IMG/VR virus record: IMGVR_UViG_2740892369_000044
Strand: one strand, 5' to 3'
Length of the DNA stretch: 38,716 nt
Source of the DNA: a virus
Lineage: Duplodnaviria > Heunggongvirae > Uroviricota > Caudoviricetes
Part shown: piece after piece, positions 1 through 8,621 of the stretch
How positions within the stretch are numbered: position 1 is the stretch's first letter
How the letters are laid out: every line of letters starts with the position of its first letter
Program-made: the position numbers and the translations under genes
Notes under the pieces: generated by a model
The model's input: only the letters and a program-made list of their open reading frames with translations
Database searches by the model: none
What the model was told of the DNA's origin: nothing

Positions 1-1257
1 GTGCTTACCGATACAAAATTAAAGAACCTCAAGCCACAGGACAAACTGTACAAAGTTTCCGATCGTGACGGGCTGTATGTAGCTGTGCTTACGTCAGGTA
101 CGGTCTCGTTTCGCTATGACTACCGTATCAACGGTCGCCGCGAAACACTGGTAATCGGGCAGTATGGGCGTGACGGTATCAGCCTGGCAGAAGCGCGGGA
201 AGAACTGATTGCTGCAAAGAAGCTGCTTAAAGCAGGCCAGTCGCCGGCTGCGGCTAAACGTGACGGTATCAAAAAGATTCGTGGTGCCGAGACATTTGCG
301 GTACATACCGACAGTTATATGAAACACGTCATCCTGGCTGAAAGTACCCGCGCAATGAAGCAGGCGGTGATCGACCGTGACATACTTCCGGTTCTTGGCA
401 ACAAAATGATGGCTGAAATTACCACATCGATGGTTCGTGATTTATGTGACCGGATTGTCGAACGCGGTGGCCGTGCAACAGCAGTGCAGGCCAGGGAGAT
501 TATCAGCAGCGTATACCGTCACGCCAATGACCGCGGTCATGGTTTGTTTAATCCTGCGGCTGATATTAAACCTTCGTCTATCGCCATATTTAAACCACGA
601 GAGCGAACACTGACACCAGAAGAAATTGGCCTGTTCTTCCGCACGTTGGATGCCATTGGCGCTATGGGCACTATGAAAATGGCTTTAAAGCTGGTGCTTA
701 TCACTATGGTTCGTAAAGGCGAATTCACCAATGCAACGTGGGATGAAATAGATTTTAAAAAATGGACATGGACAATTCCTTCAGACCGTATGAAGGGAAG
801 CCGGGCGCACGTTATTTACCTGCCTAAACAGGCACAGGATATATTGGTCGGGTTACAGATGTGCGCTGGTGGAAGTGAATATCTGGTTCCTGGTCGTTAC
901 AATTTCCGGAAGCCATTATCTAATGCCGCGCTGAACTCTCTGATCGACAGAACGGTGAAAATAATAAATGAAGATGGTGAGCATATTCAGGATTTCACCG
1001 TACACGATATGCGCCGTACAGCCAGTACGTTGTTGCATGAGGCTGGTTATCCTTCAGACTGGATTGAAAAGGCTCTGGCACATGAGCAGAAAGGTGTGCG
1101 CGCCGTATATAACAAAGCGGAATACGCAAGACAGCGCGCCTACATGTTGCAGCAGTGGGCCGATATGATTGATTCCTGGATTGACGGGGAGCATACGGAT
1201 CTGATTCCGTTCTCCCCGTCGAAGTTTGAGAAGTGGATGGAAGACAGTAATAAATAA
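1..1257 (+). CDS. int: Tyrosine integrase, P4-like family; starts with GTG at the window edge, so the true 5' end may lie upstream
   Basis: 418-aa ORF; N-terminus (LTDTKLKNLKP...LYKVSDRDGLY...SFRYDYRINGRRETL) and C-terminal catalytic region (HDMRRTASTLLHEAGY...VRAVYNKAEYARQRAYMLQQWADMID) are typical of P4-type integrases. Confidence 0.9.
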   Translation: MLTDTKLKNLKPQDKLYKVSDRDGLYVAVLTSGTVSFRYDYRINGRRETLVIGQYGRDGISLAEAREELIAAKKLLKAGQSPAAAKRDGIKKIRGAETFAVHTDSYMKHVILAESTRAMKQAVIDRDILPVLGNKMMAEITTSMVRDLCDRIVERGGRATAVQAREIISSVYRHANDRGHGLFNPAADIKPSSIAIFKPRERTLTPEEIGLFFRTLDAIGAMGTMKMALKLVLITMVRKGEFTNATWDEIDFKKWTWTIPSDRMKGSRAHVIYLPKQAQDILVGLQMCAGGSEYLVPGRYNFRKPLSNAALNSLIDRTVKIINEDGEHIQDFTVHDMRRTASTLLHEAGYPSDWIEKALAHEQKGVRAVYNKAEYARQRAYMLQQWADMIDSWIDGEHTDLIPFSPSKFEKWMEDSNK

Positions 1258-1259
1258 TT

Positions 1260-1919
1260 CTATCCTTCCTGGACTTTGGTAAGCGTCAGATTTCCGCAGA
1301 ACACTGCGCCGGTGTCGATGTACATCTGGTTTGCATACACCAGTGGGTGATGTGCTGGCGTATGACCGAAGATGAACAAATCGGCACCGGTTATCTCCGA
1401 GACAATACCGTCCTGCGCGTCGCTAACCCGCTCACGATTCCATATCACCATTTCTTCTGGTACTGGCTTATCGAATGCGTATTCGTTGTGCGGGTAGTCT
1501 GCGTGACAGATGACGACCTTCTTATTGCCGGTAACAAGTTCGATAATCATCGGGAGGTTGGTAATCTTTGGCAGAAGGTATTTGAGTTGCACATCCTGCT
1601 CAGAATCAAGTTGGTGCCACCATCCACCGCCGTTTGACATCCAATGTCCGAAACTTCCGCCGTTGACCAGTGCATCCAGCATCATCTGCTCATGGTTGCC
1701 ACGAACAGCTCGGAACCACGGCATAGTAATCAAATCCAGGCATTCGACGTTTTCAGCGCCGCGGTCAACAAGGTCACCAACGGAAATAAGTAAATCGCGC
1801 GCCGGGTCGAATGAAACTTTGTCGAGTTCGTTCATCAGCAGCGTGTAGCACCCATGCAGATCGCCGACGACGAAGATATTGCACCAGTCAGCGCCATTGA
1901 TGCGTTGATATAGGTTCAT
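1260..1919 (-). CDS. Serine/threonine protein phosphatase, lambda PPase-like metallophosphoesterase
   Basis: Motifs GDLHG, GDLVDRG, GNHE; start placed at the internal ATG (Met41 of track ORF 1260..2039), which overlaps the upstream methyltransferase stop as ATGA. Confidence 0.85.
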   Translation of the reverse strand: MNLYQRINGADWCNIFVVGDLHGCYTLLMNELDKVSFDPARDLLISVGDLVDRGAENVECLDLITMPWFRAVRGNHEQMMLDALVNGGSFGHWMSNGGGWWHQLDSEQDVQLKYLLPKITNLPMIIELVTGNKKVVICHADYPHNEYAFDKPVPEEMVIWNRERVSDAQDGIVSEITGADLFIFGHTPAHHPLVYANQMYIDTGAVFCGNLTLTKVQEG

Positions 1920-2566
1920 GCAGCACGCTCCCGCCCCTGGTTGTCTGTTAGTGACAGCGGAGCATTGCTGAATGCATTTGTTAATCCGCCAATATCCAAC
2001 GCGTATCCAGGGTGTAGTTGCACTGCCGGGTCTTCGCACTGATTACCCCAAACATCGAAGCCATGAGACGACTGGCGGGCGAACAGTTCAATGCGAGAAA
2101 CATCGCCTAACAATTGCACTAGTTTTTCACGAACGACATCTGGTTTTCTTGAATGCTCAAGCCGCGGTGCGGTAAATGACTGAACGATCCCTGCATTAAT
2201 GCGCGGAGGTAGTTTTCCCTTAACTGCAAACAGGCAATCTTCACTATTGGCGCGAGTCATGTGTCCCATACCCATAACCAGTTTATCTGGTTGTCGACTA
2301 CCACATTTTATCCACGTGAAGCCCTTCATGGTCATCAGACGGAATCCCCAGGCTTCAACAACTTTTAGTGCTTCGAGTGGTTGTGTTGGCACCCACCACA
2401 TGGCCAGTAGGCAGTTTTCATCGGCTAAATCCCACACAGGAAGGCGGCAGATATCCAGCACACTCATAACTGGATATTTAAAACCGGCACCACGATTACC
2501 ATCTGCGGCTTTGTCCCGGTATACCCATGGGGGATCTGCATAGATTAGCGTGTATTTCTTAGTCAT
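1916..2566 (-). CDS. DNA N6-adenine methyltransferase, MT-A70-like, no adjacent restriction enzyme
   Basis: 216 aa; N-terminal YADPPW motif typical of MT-A70 family adenine methyltransferases of lambdoid prophages. Confidence 0.8.
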   Translation of the reverse strand: MTKKYTLIYADPPWVYRDKAADGNRGAGFKYPVMSVLDICRLPVWDLADENCLLAMWWVPTQPLEALKVVEAWGFRLMTMKGFTWIKCGSRQPDKLVMGMGHMTRANSEDCLFAVKGKLPPRINAGIVQSFTAPRLEHSRKPDVVREKLVQLLGDVSRIELFARQSSHGFDVWGNQCEDPAVQLHPGYALDIGGLTNAFSNAPLSLTDNQGRERAA

Positions 2567-2858
2567 AAACCACCCCGCAACATCCTATACCGCTATAGTC
2601 GCCACGGCGAAGGCCGTTACCTTTTGTGATACATTGATCCCTACGAACCGCGATCCTTGCACGCTCAACATCACCAGAAGCAACATCCATACACTGAAGC
2701 CAAAGGTGGGCGGCAATGCGGAACTGCCCTTTTTTCTCTCTTTCAATCGCGCGTTTTTCGATCTCTATCGCCGCAGGAGTAACGGCAACAACCTTTGAAG
2801 GGCTGCGCATTGAAACCTTGTTCATGTGATATTTTTCAAGTCGGCTTAACTTTCTCAC
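2559..2858 (-). CDS. Hypothetical early-left protein; start uncertain (alternative Met12 at 2825)
   Basis: ORF in operon orientation, ends 8 nt into the methyltransferase start; no recognisable motif. Confidence 0.35.
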   Translation of the reverse strand: MRKLSRLEKYHMNKVSMRSPSKVVAVTPAAIEIEKRAIEREKKGQFRIAAHLWLQCMDVASGDVERARIAVRRDQCITKGNGLRRGDYSGIGCCGVVYD

Positions 2859-2967
2859 TTAATCCAACCCTCTCTGAAAATTAATGCCAGCAGATAAAGC
2901 CATGCAGAAACAGAGGCCAGGAATAAGTACCATCCTGACCATTTGCTCCAGTGCCTTAGCAGCGCAC

Positions 2968-3216
2968 TCATGCAGCGTTGCTCACGGGACGATATACACG
3001 TTGCTGAACAGGAGGTTTTTTACCCTGGAACTCTGCCGGGCTTGCTGCCTGACGTTCATCAAGCCAACGCTCAACTTCGTCACGGTTCCATGCGCAGCGT
3101 TTGTCAGTGATATACCAGCGTTTAGGAAATTCCCCTGCGCGCTCCATACGGTCGATAGTGCTCCATGACAGTGGCACCACCGCCAGGAGTTCCTTCTTAC
3201 CTAATGCACCTTTCAT
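2968..3216 (-). CDS. AlpA/Xis-like excisionase-type HTH DNA-binding protein
   Basis: 82 aa; pattern LSWSTIDRMERAGEFPKRWYITDKRCAWNRDEVERWL resembles the AlpA/excisionase winged-helix family; sits between integrase and recombination genes. Confidence 0.65.
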   Translation of the reverse strand: MKGALGKKELLAVVPLSWSTIDRMERAGEFPKRWYITDKRCAWNRDEVERWLDERQAASPAEFQGKKPPVQQRVYRPVSNAA

Positions 3217-3265
3217 AAATACCTCTCTTGGTTGCAGTGCGGCGCGTGTGGCGCCGCGGTGGTGG

Positions 3266-4147
3266 TTACATAGATGTTTCGTTTAATTCTTCCCGACGAA
3301 CGCTGTAAACGTCGGTGGCTTTTGCCAGCAGTTCGTCATCATCTGAAAGTTTTTGTGCAATGTATTTGTAAGCCTTATCCAGTTCGGAGACAGTGCTGTA
3401 ATTCATCGCTGCGCTGGTAAAGGCCATCAGCATTTCTTCTGGATCACGGCTATCCGCTTTACGAGTTTGCTCATCAGGCTTTTTCACTGGTTTAGCGTTG
3501 ATCAGACTGTTCATTCCCGCAGCAGTAGTTGTTTGCGGAGTAATGTCTCGCTCAACGCGCGGTGCCGTTTCCTGTAATTCGTCAGGGGTGTAAACACCGA
3601 GAAGCACATCAGGAGCGTGCAGGCGAGCCCATCGTTTCGTGCAAAGATAGGCAAGCTGCTGGCGCGGATCCTGTTCCCACAATGGAGAGTTACGCACTCC
3701 GGCTTGCGCCATACTGATGGTAAGCTCACGGGGTTCTGCTTCTCCTTTAAGAACTGCTGACACAGTTACCGTCAGATTCGGTGATTTATCTGTTTTGCCG
3801 TTAACATTCGACCAGTCACCGCTCCAGCGATAATTCAGGCGTGTCGCCAGCAGGCTGGAAGAGGATACGACCGCGTTTACCAACTGTGCTTCGTAGCCTA
3901 ACGTTCCGTTTACCACATGCGTTTTCTGCGCCACGGCGAAAGGGTTCATTCCCCACTGTGCCGCCTGCATGGTCACCGCCAGACAATCGGCAGGTTTGCC
4001 TTCAAGATGTTTCGGTACAGTCGCTTTGCTTTGTGACATCAACTCCGCGAAACGCACCAGTTGATTCATGCCCTCCGGGCTGAAGATTGCCGCAGCAGTA
4101 CCTACAGTTGCACCTGGTTGTGATGTGATTGCGATATCATTGCTCAT
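3266..4147 (-). CDS. Red-beta/RecT-superfamily single-strand annealing protein
   Basis: 293 aa; WGMNPF and DPRQQLAYLCTKRWARLHAPDVLLGVYTPDE resemble the lambda Bet segments YGLNPW and HPKRMLRHKAMIQCARLAFGFAGIYDKDE; stop overlaps the upstream exonuclease gene. Confidence 0.75.
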   Translation of the reverse strand: MSNDIAITSQPGATVGTAAAIFSPEGMNQLVRFAELMSQSKATVPKHLEGKPADCLAVTMQAAQWGMNPFAVAQKTHVVNGTLGYEAQLVNAVVSSSSLLATRLNYRWSGDWSNVNGKTDKSPNLTVTVSAVLKGEAEPRELTISMAQAGVRNSPLWEQDPRQQLAYLCTKRWARLHAPDVLLGVYTPDELQETAPRVERDITPQTTTAAGMNSLINAKPVKKPDEQTRKADSRDPEEMLMAFTSAAMNYSTVSELDKAYKYIAQKLSDDDELLAKATDVYSVRREELNETSM

Positions 4148-4965
4148 ACGTACATATCCTGTTTACGTGCCCAGTCAGGGCGTTTAATAATTTCCACTCC
4201 GCCCCACTCATCGTTGATGCGGCATTCGTGATAGGTATTCAGATCCCGGCGGAACAGAGCGTGCCCGGCATCGACATCCTGCGCATCCAGCTCGAACACG
4301 CGTACCGGATACCGACCACAATCAATGCTTTCGCTCACGGCAAGAAAGAAAAAACCATGCGGCTGACCAGTAACCCTCATTGCTCCTTCGCGGTACATTG
4401 CGTCCTGCACGTGGTAGCGGAATTCCTCGATGTGGCGTGCAAAACGGTCCATATCTGCAACCTTTTTCACGTCGACGATCACGTTGTGCTCGTTCAGCCA
4501 TTTGTCTGGACGAATTCGGCACAACTCACCCGTCTCTTCATCGTTCCAGTACATTGACGCTTCGCAGTAACCAGGTGCTTCCAGCATCCAGCGTGCCGCC
4601 GGGTGAGCCATTGCGCTATCACGCATCAGCTCCAGTTTCCGCCACTGCTCGGCATCAAGTACCGTAATCCCCATATCCGCTACATCACGAAGAAATGCTT
4701 CTTCGTCAGCTTTACCTTGTTTCGTCCGACGATCGAATTTCGGTGAAACAATGAAGCGTTTGTCGAACTCTCCAGGCTCCAGAAGCAGACAGTGCAATGC
4801 GGTTCCCATATCCAGTGCAGACTTTTTCTCTTCGTCTTCTGGTGCTGCCTGAACCCATTTAAGAAGCGCCGGATTCTTGGCAACCATGTCCAGTTGCGAC
4901 TTACTCACGCCGTCACCGGCGTGGTAGTCTTCGTTGCTGATGTCGAAATAAATTCCCGGTTTCAT
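4144..4965 (-). CDS. PD-(D/E)XK exonuclease (RecE/exodeoxyribonuclease VIII-like), partner of the annealing protein
   Basis: 273 aa; D...VDVKK nuclease motif; translationally coupled to the downstream annealing protein gene. Confidence 0.7.
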   Translation of the reverse strand: MKPGIYFDISNEDYHAGDGVSKSQLDMVAKNPALLKWVQAAPEDEEKKSALDMGTALHCLLLEPGEFDKRFIVSPKFDRRTKQGKADEEAFLRDVADMGITVLDAEQWRKLELMRDSAMAHPAARWMLEAPGYCEASMYWNDEETGELCRIRPDKWLNEHNVIVDVKKVADMDRFARHIEEFRYHVQDAMYREGAMRVTGQPHGFFFLAVSESIDCGRYPVRVFELDAQDVDAGHALFRRDLNTYHECRINDEWGGVEIIKRPDWARKQDMYV

Positions 4966-5261
4966 GCCGCGTCCCTCTGTCCATCAAGCTGATCCGCCAG
5001 ATCCCAGCGGGCGATAATTGCCATTGCCTCGCGCCGGTAGGCATCCATAAGTTCTTCGAACTCAGGGCTGTCTTTAGCTGCCTCCAGCACTTCCTGGCGA
5101 ACTCCTTTGCCTGTTACAGCGTCAAAAGTTGAGGCCAGTTGATGAAGCCGGATGCTCTCGATCAGTTCAACTTGTCGGTCATATAACTGTTCTGACAGGC
5201 GGTAGTCCTTGTCGAATGCCAGCATGATTTTTTGAAGATTTTTCTGCTGATTAACGTTCAT
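4962..5261 (-). CDS. Hypothetical early-left protein (about 99 aa from the internal ATG, MNVNQQ...)
   Basis: Track ORF 4962..5276; ATG with better context at Met6; acidic helical protein, no motif recognised. Confidence 0.45.
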   Translation of the reverse strand: MNVNQQKNLQKIMLAFDKDYRLSEQLYDRQVELIESIRLHQLASTFDAVTGKGVRQEVLEAAKDSPEFEELMDAYRREAMAIIARWDLADQLDGQRDAA

Positions 5262-5416
5262 TATCAGCCCTCCCATATCTCGTTATCGTTGGCTACATCG
5301 CGAGCTTCTTTGCTGACGAAAGCCCACTTAATGCCTTCCTGTAAGGTGCGGAACTTCCAGCTCATGAATCCGCATGCAGTAACGCAGTACCAACCGTTGA
5401 TGATTTTCCACTGCAT
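5252..5416 (-). CDS. Small ORF of about 53 aa (MQWKIINGWYCVTACGFMSWKFRTLQEGIKW...), first gene downstream of the OL-like operators
   Basis: Hand-translated, below the ORF-track size cut-off; in the position of the first PL-transcribed gene; coordinates +/-3. Confidence 0.2.
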
Positions 5417-5435
5417 AACTTGTTACCTCGGTCTG

Positions 5436-5512
5436 TTACCGTTGAGGTAATAATTATGCGTATCTGGTTTGGTGTCAATAGATATGAGTTAAAAAAATTA
5501 CCCGTTAGGTAA
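5436..5512. promoter_or_regulatory. OL-like operator region: two copies of the TTACC-N5-GGTAA inverted repeat (about 5436-5450 and 5498-5512)
   Basis: TTACCGTTGAGGTAA and TTACCCGTTAGGTAA read directly, upstream of the leftward early operon and downstream of the repressor terminator. Confidence 0.6.
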
Positions 5513-5522
5513 TCGAATAGGC

Positions 5523-5548
5523 AATAAAAAAGCCGCCATAAGGCGGCT
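5523..5548 (-). terminator. Rho-independent terminator downstream of the repressor gene
   Basis: Stem AGCCGCC / GGCGGCT with loop ATAA; A-tract on the plus strand gives a U-tract after the stem on the minus strand. Confidence 0.7.
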
Positions 5549-5569
5549 TACTTACTGAAAAATATGATT

Positions 5570-6154
5570 TTATTGTTTGTTTTTTTCGTTCTGGTTGATG
5601 ACAAATTCAATGTAACTTTCGATCTTTGCCTTCTCTGTTTCAGGTAACAATGCGTAGCGCGAGCGGTCATAGTTGATAGTTGCAGGGTCATGCGGATGAA
5701 TCAGTAGTTCATATCCGTGACGCCCGAATGCAGATGCAACATTCTCCAGGGTGGAAATGGAAACGCTGACCTCATTGTTTAACAGGCGGCTTATTGTCAC
5801 CTGGGCGACGCCGGATGCGCGGTGAAGTTTTCCCTGAGTTGAAAGGTCGCGGCTTTCACTCATCCAGCGTTCCAGGTTGTGAGCTGCCAGCTGACCAATG
5901 TCGCTTGGGCCGACAGGCTGAAAACCTTCCTGAGAAAGCGAGCGATCGATATCAAGCCAGTTACGGGGTTTATTGGCGGCAGCTTCAATTTTTCGTGCAA
6001 CCTGGTCGCCGATAACCTTCTTGCCAAGAGCCCAGCGGTTTACCAGATTTGCCTGAGTTCCAAGTTTTTCAGCCATCCGCGTCTGAACACCATTGAATTC
6101 ACGGTCGATCAAGTCGTTGAGATTTTGCCTGCGGACGTCCTGGATACTTTTCAT
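5570..6154 (-). CDS. CI-like prophage repressor with two XRE-type HTH domains and no S24 peptidase domain
   Basis: 194 aa; HTH-like segments near residues 25-60 (QTRMAEKLGTQANLVNRWALGKK) and 115-150 (VAQVTISRLLNNEVSVSISTLENVASAF); divergent from the Cro-like gene with operators between. Confidence 0.7.
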   Translation of the reverse strand: MKSIQDVRRQNLNDLIDREFNGVQTRMAEKLGTQANLVNRWALGKKVIGDQVARKIEAAANKPRNWLDIDRSLSQEGFQPVGPSDIGQLAAHNLERWMSESRDLSTQGKLHRASGVAQVTISRLLNNEVSVSISTLENVASAFGRHGYELLIHPHDPATINYDRSRYALLPETEKAKIESYIEFVINQNEKNKQ

Positions 6155-6209
6155 TTTCTGGAAAATCGCCTCATATCTGAATCAGAAGATGATTCAATTT
6201 AAAGCAATA

Positions 6210-6272
6210 TTACCCAACAGGTAAATGCACCTCATGGGTAACTATCCTTGATTTTTGTTACCTTATAGGTGA
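6210..6272. promoter_or_regulatory. OR-like operator cluster: three tandem TTACC-N5-GGTAA-type sites (about 6210-6224, 6227-6241, 6258-6272) between the divergent repressor and Cro-like genes
   Basis: TTACCCAACAGGTAA, GCACCTCATGGGTAA and TTACCTTATAGGTGA read directly in the 154-bp intergenic region. Confidence 0.7.
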
Positions 6273-6308
6273 ATATTTATTATCTGAAATAAATATCAGG
6301 CAATAGCT

Positions 6309-6539
6309 ATGAGCGATAACGGACATTTCGATTTCAAAAAGCACTGGCTTGCACTTACTCCGGATGAGCGTGAAGCCTTCGCACAGGAAGCCGGAACGAC
6401 GAGTCACTATATCCAGACTCACTTAACAGGTAAGCGCAAAATGCCAGGTAAGGTATTGATGAATGGGCTTTTTAAAGCCTGTAAATCAAGACAATGGTTG
6501 CGCTCAAAAGCAGAACTGGCATACTTCTTCTACTCATGA
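6309..6539 (+). CDS. Cro-like small HTH regulator
   Basis: 76 aa; first rightward gene after the operator cluster; HTH-like segment EREAFAQEAGTTSHYIQTHLTGKR. Confidence 0.55.
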   Translation: MSDNGHFDFKKHWLALTPDEREAFAQEAGTTSHYIQTHLTGKRKMPGKVLMNGLFKACKSRQWLRSKAELAYFFYS

Positions 6540-6560
6540 TATCCAGCCACAACCCTCTGT

Positions 6561-6585
6561 AGACCGCCACCCGGCGGTCTTTTCA
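6561..6585 (+). terminator. Rho-independent terminator after the Cro-like gene (tR1-like position)
   Basis: Stem AGACCGCC / GGCGGTCT with loop ACCC, followed by TTT. Confidence 0.6.
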
Positions 6586-6594
6586 TATCTATTC

Positions 6595-6609
6595 GTACCT
6601 CAAAGGTAA
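6595..6609. promoter_or_regulatory. Additional operator-type site GTACC-TCAAA-GGTAA just downstream of the tR1-like terminator
   Basis: Read directly; same half-site geometry as the OR/OL copies. Confidence 0.4.
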
Positions 6610-6689
6610 TAAAAAACCAAATCTGGTTGATCTTTTTTTTGTGTCAGCACAAAATGACCGTAATCCCAATACTAATAACAGGGCTTACC

Positions 6690-6890
6690 ATGGAAATCAT
6701 TACACGTATTGATGCCGCAAAGCGCGGACTTAAACGCTACTACACCGGAAAACCATGTAAGCATGGACATGACAGTGAACGCTGGGTTTACAACGGACAC
6801 TGTGTTGAGTGCACCATGGAATCAAACCGTCGCATCAGGGCAGAGATTAAGCAGATCATGATTAATTCCTCCCCACAACACTCAAGCTGA
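6690..6890 (+). CDS. Small zinc-ribbon protein in the cII-like position (about 66 aa)
   Basis: Internal ATG of track ORF 6627..6890; Cys/His cluster CKHGH...CVEC; function not inferable from motif. Confidence 0.4.
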   Translation: MEIITRIDAAKRGLKRYYTGKPCKHGHDSERWVYNGHCVECTMESNRRIRAEIKQIMINSSPQHSS

Positions 6891-6905
6891 TAGCGGAGAT
6901 TAATC

Positions 6906-7721
6906 ATGAGCAGACATGCAACAGATTGGGCCTGGGAGACAGATCCAGGTAGCTCATCATTAAAGCTCATACTGCTCTCGATGGCTGACAGAGCCGATGA
7001 ATATAACCTCTGCTACCCCAGCATAGAACGCCTCGTTAAAGACACTTGCCTGAATAAAAAAACCGTGCAGGCCGGGCTTATATCGCTCATGAAAATGGGG
7101 CTTATTTCAGATACCGGAGAGAGAAAGGGAGCGACGAAAAGAGTGCGGGTTTTCTCTCTTAATATAACCAAAAACGGGAACATTAAAGGCAACCGGGAAG
7201 GGGGTAATGAACCCGAAAACGGTAATGTTACCGAAAACGGGAATATACCCAAAAACGGGATGTTGAATGATCCCAAAAACGGGATGTTGAATGATCCCAA
7301 AAACGGGATCCAGAACCAGTCATATAACCAGTCATTTAACCAAGAGAGGGAGAGCAGGACAAAAAGCGGGGATTCTGTGCCTCATGACCCCGGCGCAAAC
7401 AACGCCGTGATGAATAACTTTGTTCCTCCTGGTGGGCCAGGGCAATTAGGCAAATTTGTCATGCATGAACAATGGCAACCATCAGATGACTTTCTTCGGA
7501 AAAGCTCATTGCAGGGGATCTACCTGGACAGTCTGCCAACGGCACAGGAACTTGCAGAGTTCAGAATTTACTGGATGGCTGAGGGTAAGGCATACCATCA
7601 GGCGCAGTGGGAGCAGAAGCTGGCAAGGCGGCTGCAGATTAGCAGACAGAAGCAATCAACATTACCTGATAACAACGTTCCGCACTGGAACAGCCCTGAA
7701 GCATGGGAGGATTTCTTGTGA
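6906..7721 (+). CDS. Replication initiator, lambda O-like (N-terminal HTH DNA-binding domain, repeat-encoded linker, C-terminal domain)
   Basis: 271 aa; N-terminal DWAWE...KLILLSMADRADE...CYPSIERLVKDT pattern of phage replication initiators; internal DNA repeats encode KNG/ENG peptide repeats; stop overlaps the P-like gene start. Confidence 0.75.
   Translation: MSRHATDWAWETDPGSSSLKLILLSMADRADEYNLCYPSIERLVKDTCLNKKTVQAGLISLMKMGLISDTGERKGATKRVRVFSLNITKNGNIKGNREGGNEPENGNVTENGNIPKNGMLNDPKNGMLNDPKNGIQNQSYNQSFNQERESRTKSGDSVPHDPGANNAVMNNFVPPGGPGQLGKFVMHEQWQPSDDFLRKSSLQGIYLDSLPTAQELAEFRIYWMAEGKAYHQAQWEQKLARRLQISRQKQSTLPDNNVPHWNSPEAWEDFL
7168..7310. repeat. Iteron-like direct repeats inside the O-like gene; candidate replication origin
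   Basis: At least six copies of CC(N)AAAACGG(G/T)A within about 140 bp, including two perfect 24-bp copies CCCAAAAACGGGATGTTGAATGAT; followed by an AT-rich stretch with CAGTCAT(A)T(A)AACCA repeated twice. Confidence 0.6.
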
Positions 7722-8503
7722 ACAACGTTTTTACCGCAATACAAAACCGTGACGGAGAAGCTCTTTCTCGCATGTCAGGTTATGAGCATCAGTACGTCAA
7801 CAATGACAACGTAGTGAACATGTCAGCAGAGAGGCTTGTTGATGCCCTTTTCAAACAGTTGAAACAACTGTTTCCGGCGGCAGTGGTAACCAACCTGAAG
7901 ACGCCAGAGCAGGAAGTTGCTGCAAAACAGCAGTGGATTGCTGCGTTTGCCGAAGGGGGGATCCGAACCCGTGAACAGGTTTCTGCTGGTATGCGCCACG
8001 CCCGCGCCAGTGATTCTCCGTTCTGGCCGTCGCCAGGGCAATTCATCAAGTGGTGCAAAGACAGCAAGATGGTTCTTGGCGTCACCATTGACGATGTGAT
8101 GACGGAGTTTCACCGGTACAGCAAGGAAAAAAGTTTATATCCTGGCGGTCCCGAAAGATTCCCGTGGCGGCATCCGGTTATGTACTGGGTTGTATGTGAT
8201 ACCCGCCGCGCAATGTATCAGCGCCAGCTTAGCGAGATTGAGGTTGAGAAACACGCGCGCAGGTTGCTCGATGATTGGGCGAAAAAGGTGGCTTCCGGAC
8301 AGCAGATACCCGATCCGGTGATCAGCATACAGGCAAAGCCAGAACCCATGAGTACGCCTCCGGACACAGGGAGAGACGTTTACCACCCGCCAGGGCGAAG
8401 TTTCGGGTGCATGCCTAACGCCGCCACCCTGGGTGGAATAACACCGGCACAGTGGCTGATGGAGGAATACAGGCGGGGAAAGGCGGCAGGATTTATCAAG
8501 TAA
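7718..8503 (+). CDS. Replication protein P-like (DnaB helicase loader)
   Basis: QQWIAAFAEGGIRTREQVSAGMRHAR and FWPSPGQFIKWC match the lambda P segments RQWVLAFRENGITTMEQVNAGMRVAR and FLPSPGQFVAWC; GTG start with GGAGG ribosome-binding site overlapping the O-like stop. Confidence 0.85.
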   Translation: MNNVFTAIQNRDGEALSRMSGYEHQYVNNDNVVNMSAERLVDALFKQLKQLFPAAVVTNLKTPEQEVAAKQQWIAAFAEGGIRTREQVSAGMRHARASDSPFWPSPGQFIKWCKDSKMVLGVTIDDVMTEFHRYSKEKSLYPGGPERFPWRHPVMYWVVCDTRRAMYQRQLSEIEVEKHARRLLDDWAKKVASGQQIPDPVISIQAKPEPMSTPPDTGRDVYHPPGRSFGCMPNAATLGGITPAQWLMEEYRRGKAAGFIK

Positions 8504-8508
8504 TACCA

Positions 8509-8529
8509 GCGCGATAGCGCATTTTTTTT
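8509..8529 (+). terminator. Probable terminator after the P-like gene (short GC stem plus T8)
   Basis: GCGC-GATA-GCGC followed by ATTTTTTTT. Confidence 0.4.
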
Positions 8530-8541
8530 ACGCCTAGATGA

Positions 8542-8618
8542 TTACCTGGTGGGTAATAAAATATACTAAAATCTATTGATTTCGTGTCTTATGTGGTTTT
8601 TAATTACCTCAGGGGTAA
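8542..8618. promoter_or_regulatory. Promoter region with two TTACC-N5-GGTAA sites (about 8542-8556 and 8604-8618) flanking a TTATGTGGTT box (about 8589-8598)
   Basis: TTACCTGGTGGGTAA and TTACCTCAGGGGTAA read directly; the second site abuts the ATG at 8622. Confidence 0.55.
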
Positions 8619-8621
8619 ATC

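Noticed and set aside
1347-1848. Plus-strand ORFs 1347..1637 and 1510..1848 inside the phosphatase gene
   Set aside because: They are antisense to a motif-supported phosphatase gene and have low-complexity translations.
3500-3520. CTGT-N8-GCAG LexA-like match inside the RecT-like coding sequence
   Set aside because: It is intragenic, one arm deviates from ACAG, and it is not near a promoter; most likely a chance match.
7168-7310. Repeat array as a possible CRISPR array
   Set aside because: The repeats are about 24 bp with irregular spacing and no unique spacers, lie inside an intact reading frame and encode a peptide repeat; no cas genes are present.
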